Shown here: positions 45,796-56,098 of the stretch, in pieces
Layout: each line of letters begins with the position of its first letter
Numbering within the stretch: position 1 is the stretch's first letter
NCBI GenBank assembly: GCA_001782035.1
Contig: MFNL01000002.1
Location: 1 to 58,864, forward strand
Direction: 5' to 3'
DNA from: Candidatus Levybacteria bacterium RIFCSPHIGHO2_01_FULL_37_17
Lineage (GTDB): Bacteria; Patescibacteriota; Microgenomatia; Levybacterales; UBA12049
Length of the DNA stretch: 58,864 nucleotides
Notes under the pieces: generated by a model
Database searches by the model: none
What the model saw: the letters and a program-made list of their open reading frames with translations, nothing else
What the model was told of the DNA's origin: nothing
Program-made: the position numbers and the translations under genes

Positions 45796-46907
45796 TGAAA
45801 ATAGCAGTCTTTTATAACATAGATTTCAGTGGCGCAAAACGTGTAGTTAAAGAACATGTCAAGGGATTAAAACAGCATGGTCATGCTGTGGATTTATATA
45901 CAACAGATGAAGCCTTTGATATTTTCCATCCAAAACCATATTCTGACAAGACTTTCATATACTCCTTTTCTCCTTTTGTAATTAATTTACCCGTATTAAG
46001 AAGAGTTAAGAGCGATTTTATAGATACATTTATTCTCCTAAGAAGGCTTCACGAAAAGATAGCAAGAGATATAGATAATAATCGCTATGATTTAGTTTTG
46101 GTCCATACAGATATTTATACACAAGCACCTTTTCTTCTTCGATTTCTTAAAACTAAAAATGTTTATTACTGCCTTGAACCCTTAAGGAATGCATATGAAT
46201 ATTCCTTAAGGCTAAAAAGTGGAAATTTATTAAACAAATTGTATGAAAATTTAAATAGGTGGATTAGAAAGAGGATAGATTTGAAAAATGTTCTATCGAC
46301 AAATGAGTTACTAACTATCTCGTTATTCTCAAGGGAAAGAATTATCGCAGCTTATGATAGAATCGCTGAAGTTTCATATATCGGCGTAGATGAAAATATC
46401 TTTAAGCCTGTAAAAGTCAATAAAAAGAATCAGGTGTTATTTGTCGCAGATAAAGACCCAATTTATGGTTATGATCTTGCGGAAAAAGCAATTAACCTTA
46501 TTCCAACAGAATTTAGGCCTACGTTAAAAGTTATTACCTGGAAAAAAGAGAACTCCCAACGATTAAGCGATAAGGAATTAATTATGACATATAACGAATC
46601 ATTAGTTACTCTTTCCTTAAGTAAGCTTGACACCTTCGGATTGGTAAGCTTGGAATCACTATCTTGTGGTGTTCCCGTTATCGCATTAAATGTTGCAGGA
46701 TATCGGGAAATAATCGAAGACGGAAAATCGGGATTTCTTGTGGATTTTAGGCCTGAAGAAATTGCAGAGAAAATATTATTTTTTATAAAAAACAAAGAAG
46801 CTGCGGAAAAAATGGCGATAGAATCGCGAAAAATCATTTTAGCCAAGTGGAAATGGCAAAGTTTGATAAAGAAGCTAGACAATAAATTAAGAATATTAAG
46901 CAAATGA
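45795..46907 (+). CDS. Glycosyltransferase family 4 (GT-B)
   Basis: 'MKIAVFYNIDFSGAKRVV' and 'LDTFGLVSLESLSCGVPVIALNVAGYREII'. Confidence 0.75.
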   Translation: MKIAVFYNIDFSGAKRVVKEHVKGLKQHGHAVDLYTTDEAFDIFHPKPYSDKTFIYSFSPFVINLPVLRRVKSDFIDTFILLRRLHEKIARDIDNNRYDLVLVHTDIYTQAPFLLRFLKTKNVYYCLEPLRNAYEYSLRLKSGNLLNKLYENLNRWIRKRIDLKNVLSTNELLTISLFSRERIIAAYDRIAEVSYIGVDENIFKPVKVNKKNQVLFVADKDPIYGYDLAEKAINLIPTEFRPTLKVITWKKENSQRLSDKELIMTYNESLVTLSLSKLDTFGLVSLESLSCGVPVIALNVAGYREIIEDGKSGFLVDFRPEEIAEKILFFIKNKEAAEKMAIESRKIILAKWKWQSLIKKLDNKLRILSK

Positions 46908-49105
46908 ATAAGCCAAAAGTCTCTGTTGTAATAGTTAATTATAAAAATGAAATAGATATTTTTGAATGCCTAGACTCTATATATAAGACGAAGTCAAGAT
47001 CTTTATTAGAAATCATAATTGTAGACAACAGTGGGGAAGATTCTCTAAGAGGTAAATTAAACAAGTATAAAAACATAAAATATATTCTTTCTTCAACTAA
47101 CCTTGGATACGGTGCAGGAATGAACCTAGGAGTGAAGCATGCAAAAGGTGACTATTTATTTATTTTGAATCCAGACACAATTTTTACTGGGAATATTATT
47201 GATAGATTGGTAACAGTCATAGATAAAGATAAAAAAATAGGGATAGTAGCGCCTTTGCTTATTACAAAAAAGGGAGAAATATTTGAGCAGGGGGCAAAAA
47301 AATTAACCCCATTAACGGCAATTTTCAAATTATCTTTCATTGATAAAATCTGGAAATCGAACCCCATTTCTCAAAATTTCTGGGCTAGTAACTGGGAAAA
47401 AACACTAAAGAAAGTTGATAATGTGCCCGGGTCAGCTTTTATTATTCGAAAAGACTTATTTAAAAAACTAAGTGGATTTGATGAGCATTTTTTCCTATAT
47501 TTCGAAGAATTTGATTTATGCAATAGAGTAAGAGCGCAAGGATACAGAATATTTATAGATCCTGCTTCTAAGCTAATTCATAAATGGGGGACTACTACGA
47601 AAATGCTAAAAAATAGAGATGAAATTTTTAGGAAAAGTAGATTTTATTACTTTAAAAAGCACTTTGGAGTTTTGAAAGCATTAGGCGTTGATTTTTTTTT
47701 AAGTATTAACCTCTCGTATTTTGCACTATTCCCAATTGTTCTTGTTGCAGCATTAATTCGTTTCTATAAAATAGATGAGTTAATTCCTTTCTATCCCGAC
47801 ATCGGTTGGTTTTATATTTCTGCAAGAGACATGTTGGTTAGTGGGCAAATTCCATTAGTTGGAATAACATCTAGCCATCTTTGGTTACATCAAGGCCCGA
47901 TTTGGACATATGTTTTGGGAACTCTTTTTTATTTTTATAGCTTTAGTCCAATTATTCCTGCTATTTTTACCGCTATATTAGATTTATTTACCTTAGTTCT
48001 AGTATATAAGTTAGTGAAATATATTTTTGACAGAAAAACCGCATTACTCGCTTCTACTCTTTATGCTTTTTCTCCTATTGTGATTCTTAGCTCTAGAACG
48101 CCTTATCATACTTCTCTCATTCCTTTTTTTGTTACTCTTTTCTTTTACTGCCTTTTTAAATGGATTGACGGGAAAAAATACTATTTTCCTCTTTTGATGT
48201 TTACTTTAGCAGTTTTGTATAATTTAGAGCTTCAATCTGTAATTTTTATATTAATTTTTGCTGTAGTTTTCTTTTATGGTGTTTACAAAGAGAAAAATTG
48301 GATTATGGAAATTAAAAATTCAAAAGTGATCCTGCTTTCGCTATTTGCATTTTTAGTTCCTATGCTTCCAGTTTTTCTCTATGACATTAGGAATGGATTC
48401 CCACAAACAATAGTATTTGCTGGCTGGCTTGTTTATAAACTATTTTCCCCAATAATTTCTAACAGTCCAATGAATTACGGAGCTGATGCTACTCAAATGC
48501 TAAATTATTTTTATATTTTTTTTCAAAAACTCTTGTTTCTTCCTAGTGCTTTTGTGGCAACTATGATGATTTTTCTTTCACTTTTTTTTCTTGTTTTTAA
48601 AGCAATAAAAAATAATAAGGAAAAGCATATTTATGCTATTCTTTTCTTCTCTATTTTGACTCTATTAGCTTCCACATATCTAACTAAAAGTCCTGCAGAC
48701 GCATATCTTATGTCAATGTTTGTTCTCATTCTTATCCCCGTTTCTTTACTGTTAAAGTCTATCGCTTCAAAGACAAACTATTTTCTTATTTTCTTTGTTG
48801 TTCTGATTATTTCAGCTATCAATTATTACTGCTTAATCTCGAATAACTACTTACTAGGATTTAACAAGGGATATGGTGCAACATTTAAAGACAGAATGGG
48901 TACCGCTTCCTACATTGTGGAGAGCTCGGGAAATAAAAAGTTTTCAATCCAAGGAAGAGGAGAGGGAAGTGAGTTTGAAAGCTTCACAATGGGCTACGAT
49001 TTCCTTACATGGTATATAGGGAAAGGCCCAAGTGATGATTTCGATTTGCTTTACATTATAGAGGAAAGCCCGAACGAAATAAGAATAGAGAGGAAAGAAT
49101 TATGA
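46904..49105 (+). CDS. Fusion protein: N-terminal GT2 (rhamnosyltransferase-like GT-A) + C-terminal GT-C (ArnT/PMT-like) membrane domain
   Basis: 'VSVVIVNYKNEIDIFECLDSI', 'IIVDNSGED', 'NLGYGAGMN', 'LNPDT' and 'PGSAFIIRKDLF', followed by more than 10 TM helices starting with 'PFYPDIGWFYISARDML' and a soluble tail. Uninterrupted 733-codon ORF. Confidence 0.7.
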   Translation: MNKPKVSVVIVNYKNEIDIFECLDSIYKTKSRSLLEIIIVDNSGEDSLRGKLNKYKNIKYILSSTNLGYGAGMNLGVKHAKGDYLFILNPDTIFTGNIIDRLVTVIDKDKKIGIVAPLLITKKGEIFEQGAKKLTPLTAIFKLSFIDKIWKSNPISQNFWASNWEKTLKKVDNVPGSAFIIRKDLFKKLSGFDEHFFLYFEEFDLCNRVRAQGYRIFIDPASKLIHKWGTTTKMLKNRDEIFRKSRFYYFKKHFGVLKALGVDFFLSINLSYFALFPIVLVAALIRFYKIDELIPFYPDIGWFYISARDMLVSGQIPLVGITSSHLWLHQGPIWTYVLGTLFYFYSFSPIIPAIFTAILDLFTLVLVYKLVKYIFDRKTALLASTLYAFSPIVILSSRTPYHTSLIPFFVTLFFYCLFKWIDGKKYYFPLLMFTLAVLYNLELQSVIFILIFAVVFFYGVYKEKNWIMEIKNSKVILLSLFAFLVPMLPVFLYDIRNGFPQTIVFAGWLVYKLFSPIISNSPMNYGADATQMLNYFYIFFQKLLFLPSAFVATMMIFLSLFFLVFKAIKNNKEKHIYAILFFSILTLLASTYLTKSPADAYLMSMFVLILIPVSLLLKSIASKTNYFLIFFVVLIISAINYYCLISNNYLLGFNKGYGATFKDRMGTASYIVESSGNKKFSIQGRGEGSEFESFTMGYDFLTWYIGKGPSDDFDLLYIIEESPNEIRIERKEL

Positions 49106-49860
49106 TAAGTGTGGTTATACTAACAAAAAATGAAGAAGAAAATATTATTGATTGTCTTGAGAAAATCTTATGGGTTGATGAGATTATAATAATCGACGAT
49201 AATTCTGAAGATAGAACTATTGAGGTAATAAAATCACTAAATAATGGGAAAATTAAAATTTATGAAAGATGGCTAAACAATAATTTTTCTGAACAGAGGA
49301 ATTTTGGTTTATCAAAATCGACAAAAGAATGGGTGTTGTTTATTGATGCAGACGAAAGAGTATCTGAAGAGCTGAAGGATGAACTCAATTCAATTGTTAT
49401 AAATAAAGATAGGAAGAGTATTGGATTTTTAATAAAAAGAGTAGATTATATATGGGGTAAGAAGTTAAAGTATGGAGAGGTTGGGAACTTAAAACTTCTG
49501 CGCTTTGCTAAGCGAGGCTCAGGATCGTGGGTAGGAAGCGTTCACGAAGAATGGCAGATTGACGGAGACGTGAGCGAATTAGAAGCCGAGCTCTTACACT
49601 ATCCCCATCCGAATGTAAAAGAATTTTTATGGGAGATAAATTTTTATTCCTCACTGAAATCAAAAGAGTTATTTGAAAATAAAATCAAAATGAGCCCACA
49701 GGATACATTACTGTACCCCTTAGGTAAATTTATTAGAAACTATTTTTTTAAATTAGGTTTTTTTGACGGATTAGAGGGTTTAGTATTTGCAATAATGATG
49801 AGCTTTCATTCGTTTCTTGTTAGGGGAAAACTTTGGCTTTTATGGAACAAAAAATTATAA
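49102..49860 (+). CDS. Stand-alone GT2 glycosyltransferase
   Basis: 'ISVVILTKNEEENIIDCLEKILWVDEIIIIDDNSEDRT' and 'IDADER'. ATGA overlap with the upstream gene. Confidence 0.75.
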   Translation: MISVVILTKNEEENIIDCLEKILWVDEIIIIDDNSEDRTIEVIKSLNNGKIKIYERWLNNNFSEQRNFGLSKSTKEWVLFIDADERVSEELKDELNSIVINKDRKSIGFLIKRVDYIWGKKLKYGEVGNLKLLRFAKRGSGSWVGSVHEEWQIDGDVSELEAELLHYPHPNVKEFLWEINFYSSLKSKELFENKIKMSPQDTLLYPLGKFIRNYFFKLGFFDGLEGLVFAIMMSFHSFLVRGKLWLLWNKKL

Positions 49861-49933
49861 ATTTATTCTTTTTTATTTGGTCTTTTTTCATTCTTCTTTT
49901 GTACCTATCCTACCTTTTTTGTAGGGCAGATTT

Positions 49934-51493
49934 ATGTTTACTGTTGCGTTTTTAACAGGTATATACAGTTATATAATATTTATTTTAGGAATTTTAAATA
50001 AGCTTTATAGTGGCCATATCTTACTTTTCACATTTGCATATTTAGTTTTGTGCGTCGTTTTGTTTAGAATAAGAATCAAGGATTTTTATTTAAAGATAAA
50101 GAAAAGAACAATTCGTCTACATAACTTACCTAAATTATTTTTCTCTTTAATAATAATTCAGTGTTTAATAAATTTTATCGGCGCTTTGGGCCCGGAGCTT
50201 TCTTTCGATGCGCTTTGGTATCATCTAACATTACCTAAACTGTTTTTTGAGCAACATTCAATATTTTTTATTCAGGGAAACCTACTTTATTATTCATTGT
50301 TTCCAAAACTTGGTGAAATGCTTTATATTGCTTCTCTTTCGATAAACGGAGAAATATTAGCAAAGATTTTACATTACACTTTCGGCATATTGACGCTACT
50401 TGTTATTTATAAAATATCTAAAAAATTTCTTAATAACGTATTCTCAACACTTGCATGTTTAATATTTTCATCAAACCTAGTTTTTGCTTGGCAGTCTACC
50501 ACAGCCTATATTGATCTATTTAGAACTTTTTTTGAAGTATTAGCATTATGGGCTTTTTTAAATAAAGATACTGTTAAATCTGCGGTTTCCTTAGGTTTTG
50601 CAATTTCGACGAAGCTTTCGGCGATTGGATCTATTCCAATTTTTGCAGTACTGTATCTAATTTTTGATAAAAAAAACTTCAGATCCATAATTTTATTCAC
50701 ATTGCTTGCACTAATAATTCCTTCCCCTTGGTTTATATTTTCTTTTATAAACTCCGGCAGACTGTTTTATCCACTTTTCACAGATTTGTACCCAGATCAA
50801 CTTATACTCAACGTTAGTCCCCTCGATATCGTTGTTGATTTTTTCAAATTATTTTTATACTCTCCCGATCCTATTTCTCCGCTTTATTTAATATTATTGC
50901 CCGTAGTTTTTATTTTATATAAAAAGCTGAATAGACACTTAAAAATTCTTGCAGTTTACAGTTTATTAAGCTTAATAATCTGGTATTTTATACCAAGAAC
51001 CGGCGGTGGAAGATTTATCCTCCCTTATTTGCCTGCATTTTCTATTCTCTCTGCAGGAGTAATTTTTTACCTAGACATGAGAATGCGAAAATTTTTATTA
51101 ATAATTGCTGTCTTAATTGCTTTAACAACTATTTTTTATAGAGGAGCTACGAACGCGAAATTTGTGCCCGTGATAATAGGAAGTGAAACAAAAGAGCATT
51201 TTCTCTCCGTCAGGCTCAATTTTAATTTTGGAGACTTCTATGATATAGATAGCTATTTTGCTAAAAACTTAACAAGCTCTGACAGAGTTCTCTTATATGG
51301 CTTTCACAATTTGTATTATGTTGAATTCCCTTTTATTGATTCATCGTGGATAAAAAGGGGAGATAGGTTTAATTACATTGCCACTCAAAACATACAACTT
51401 CCAGACAGATTTAAAGATTGGATGCTTATTTACTATAATAAAGTAACAGGTGTAAAACTTTTCACTCATAATAAAACTGTATGGATATACTAA
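49934..51493 (+). CDS. GT-C (ArnT/PMT_2-like) membrane glycosyltransferase
   Basis: 519 aa, polytopic, with a first loop 'GPELSFDALWYHLTLPKLF' and a soluble C-terminal domain. An in-frame TAG at 49922 fixes ATG 49934 as the first possible start. Confidence 0.6.
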   Translation: MFTVAFLTGIYSYIIFILGILNKLYSGHILLFTFAYLVLCVVLFRIRIKDFYLKIKKRTIRLHNLPKLFFSLIIIQCLINFIGALGPELSFDALWYHLTLPKLFFEQHSIFFIQGNLLYYSLFPKLGEMLYIASLSINGEILAKILHYTFGILTLLVIYKISKKFLNNVFSTLACLIFSSNLVFAWQSTTAYIDLFRTFFEVLALWAFLNKDTVKSAVSLGFAISTKLSAIGSIPIFAVLYLIFDKKNFRSIILFTLLALIIPSPWFIFSFINSGRLFYPLFTDLYPDQLILNVSPLDIVVDFFKLFLYSPDPISPLYLILLPVVFILYKKLNRHLKILAVYSLLSLIIWYFIPRTGGGRFILPYLPAFSILSAGVIFYLDMRMRKFLLIIAVLIALTTIFYRGATNAKFVPVIIGSETKEHFLSVRLNFNFGDFYDIDSYFAKNLTSSDRVLLYGFHNLYYVEFPFIDSSWIKRGDRFNYIATQNIQLPDRFKDWMLIYYNKVTGVKLFTHNKTVWIY

Positions 51494-52659
51494 AAATTTC
51501 TCTAATATTTCTGCTCCTACTGTTTCCTATTGCAGAGTTGGGCAAATTCCATCTAGGGTTAATTTCATTTTCTATCAACGATTTATTAATGGGATCGGTG
51601 GTAATTGCGTGGATATTTAAGCATAAGTTTTCCTTACAAAACGTTCTTTTAAAGGAGCCCATGCTTGTGGTCTTTGCTACATTCTCAACGTCTTTGCTTT
51701 TAAATATAGGTTGGCTGGAATTACCTGATTTTTTTATATCGTTGCTATACCTAATTAGATTGCTTTTGTATGCTTCTTTATATGCAATTATTTTATCGCT
51801 TGACAAGAAGTTCATTCAAAAATTAAAGCTCTTTCTGATTATTCCAATTTCGTTATTCCTTATATCTGGATATATTCAGTTTTTTCTATATCAAAACCTA
51901 AGAAATTTATATTATTTAGGTTGGGATGAACACCTTTATAGATTATTTTCTACTTTTCTTGATCCAAACTTTGCCGGGACTTTCTTTGTGCTTACTTTTA
52001 TATATCTATTATATCTTGTCTTTTCAAATTTAGAGAACAGATTTTTATTTATATCTTTATCTTTTTTATCTATAGCAAATTTTATAGCCATATTTTTAAC
52101 TTACTCAAGAAGCGCTCTTATTATGCTTTTTGTTTCCTTATTTACCTTCTTGGTCTTGATTAGAAGAAAGAGTCTGCTGGTAATGGTTGGAGTAGCCATC
52201 ATAATATTTTTAGTAATTTCTCCTAAATCTTTTCGAACAGAAGGAACAAACATTTTTAGAATTGCATCATCTGAAGCAAGATTAGATTCAGCTAGGGTTG
52301 CAATAGAGATTTTCAGCAAAAACCCTATATTTGGAGTCGGTTTTAACGCTTATAGGTTTGCACAGCATAGGTATGGATATCTCGCGGGAGGCGATTGGAG
52401 GCTTACTCATTCGGGTGCCGGAACAGACAATAGTTTCCTTTTTATTCTAGCTACAACAGGACTGGTTGGTTTTGCTGCTTATATTTATTTAATTTACAAG
52501 ATTATACGGATGGCAATTAAAAAGAATAATTTTATAGCAAAAGTGTTAATTGCGTCTCTAGCTGGACTTTTAATAAACTCATTATTTATAAATAGCTTGT
52601 TTTTTATATATATTATGATGTGGATATGGATTATGGTCGCATTTACGGAGAGTAGTTGA
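51481..52659 (+). CDS. O-antigen ligase / Wzy_C family membrane protein (polymerase, ligase or O-oligosaccharyltransferase)
   Basis: Polytopic protein with 'LTYSRSALIMLF', an external loop 'RIASSEARLDSARVAIEIFSKNPIFGVGFNAY' and 'HSGAGTDNSFL'. This is typical of WaaL/Wzy_C/PglL-type proteins. Confidence 0.7.
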   Translation: MDILKISLIFLLLLFPIAELGKFHLGLISFSINDLLMGSVVIAWIFKHKFSLQNVLLKEPMLVVFATFSTSLLLNIGWLELPDFFISLLYLIRLLLYASLYAIILSLDKKFIQKLKLFLIIPISLFLISGYIQFFLYQNLRNLYYLGWDEHLYRLFSTFLDPNFAGTFFVLTFIYLLYLVFSNLENRFLFISLSFLSIANFIAIFLTYSRSALIMLFVSLFTFLVLIRRKSLLVMVGVAIIIFLVISPKSFRTEGTNIFRIASSEARLDSARVAIEIFSKNPIFGVGFNAYRFAQHRYGYLAGGDWRLTHSGAGTDNSFLFILATTGLVGFAAYIYLIYKIIRMAIKKNNFIAKVLIASLAGLLINSLFINSLFFIYIMMWIWIMVAFTESS

Positions 52660-53353
52660 CGTGTATTATTTTTTCAGCCCTGTTTCCTGCTAGGTCAACT
52701 GAAGCTACTTTAATTTCATTATCTCCATCATGCAGCGTAAGAAAGTAAGAGAAGGAGTTAGACTCGTCTATAATAGCGTAAAATCCGCTTACCATGACTG
52801 TTGTGTTGGCATCAGTTGTGCCCGTAACCTCTATAACTTTATCTTCTTTTTTAAAACTGTCTCCATCGTTTGGATTTGTTATCTCAAGTGAGGGAGGAGA
52901 TTTTTTAAAAATTATAACTAATGGAGAAGAGAAATCACTTTTTTTATTATCTATAACTTGCCTTGCTGTAAAAGTATTTTCTTCTTCATTTAATACTACT
53001 TCGAATTCAAATTTTCCTTCAGAGTCTGTATCTTGCTGATCTATCTTCTTGGCATTTTGATAAAGTTCGACATTTGAGTCCTCTTCTGCCTTTCCCGCGA
53101 CCTTTATTTTTGCGCTATTGGTTGCTGAGACCGAAGCATTAAAAATAGGATAGGGAATAAACTGTAGCTTGTTTTGGCCTTCAGATAGAGGTGTTCCTTT
53201 ATTACCAGCTATAAAAAGACTTAAGTTAATTAAAGCAGGAAGTCCGAATTTAAACAGAAGGAAGAGTAAAACAATTATTCCCAAAATACTTAGAAACAAG
53301 GTTTTCTTCTGTTTTCTTTCGGTATATCTAGATAATCTAGTTTTTCTCGTCAT
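52643..53353 (-). CDS. Membrane-anchored secreted protein with Ig-like repeats
   Basis: Basic N-terminus plus a TM helix (LFLSILGIIVLLFLLF), followed by two beta-rich modules ('KVAGKAEEDSNVELY...GKFEFEV' and 'EVTGTTDANTTVMVSG...GDNEIKVASVDLAGN'). Confidence 0.5.
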   Translation of the reverse strand: MTRKTRLSRYTERKQKKTLFLSILGIIVLLFLLFKFGLPALINLSLFIAGNKGTPLSEGQNKLQFIPYPIFNASVSATNSAKIKVAGKAEEDSNVELYQNAKKIDQQDTDSEGKFEFEVVLNEEENTFTARQVIDNKKSDFSSPLVIIFKKSPPSLEITNPNDGDSFKKEDKVIEVTGTTDANTTVMVSGFYAIIDESNSFSYFLTLHDGDNEIKVASVDLAGNRAEKIIHVNYSP

Positions 53354-53357
53354 ATTG

Positions 53358-53429
53358 AGCCGAAGGTGAGATTTGAACTCACGACTTGCTCTTTACGAAA
53401 GAGCTACTCTACCACTGAGTTACTTCGGC
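53358..53429 (-). tRNA. tRNA-Thr (anticodon CGT)
   Basis: Hand-folded from the reverse complement: acceptor GCCGAAG/CTTCGGC, D arm ACTC-AGTGGTA-GAGT, anticodon arm GCTCT-TTCGTAA-AGAGC, variable loop AAGTC, T arm GTGAG-TTCAAAT-CTCAC, discriminator T. 72 nt, no encoded CCA. Confidence 0.9.
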
Positions 53430-53437
53430 ACGTGTTT

Positions 53438-53466
53438 ATTTTATGAAATTCAGAGGGTATAATCAA
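53438..53466 (-). promoter_or_regulatory. Promoter TTGATT-N17-TAAAAT (minus strand), 8 nt before the tRNA-Thr 5' end
   Basis: On the + strand, aatcaa at 53461-53466 and atttta at 53438-53443. Confidence 0.55.
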
Positions 53467-53469
53467 ACT

Positions 53470-56094
<2,625 letters not shown>

Positions 56095-56098
56095 ATTT

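Noticed and set aside
34306-53429. Integrative mobile element or prophage at the tRNA genes
   Set aside because: I saw no integrase, transposase, phage or conjugation genes and no obvious duplication of a tRNA 3' end. The region is better described as a variable glycan island.
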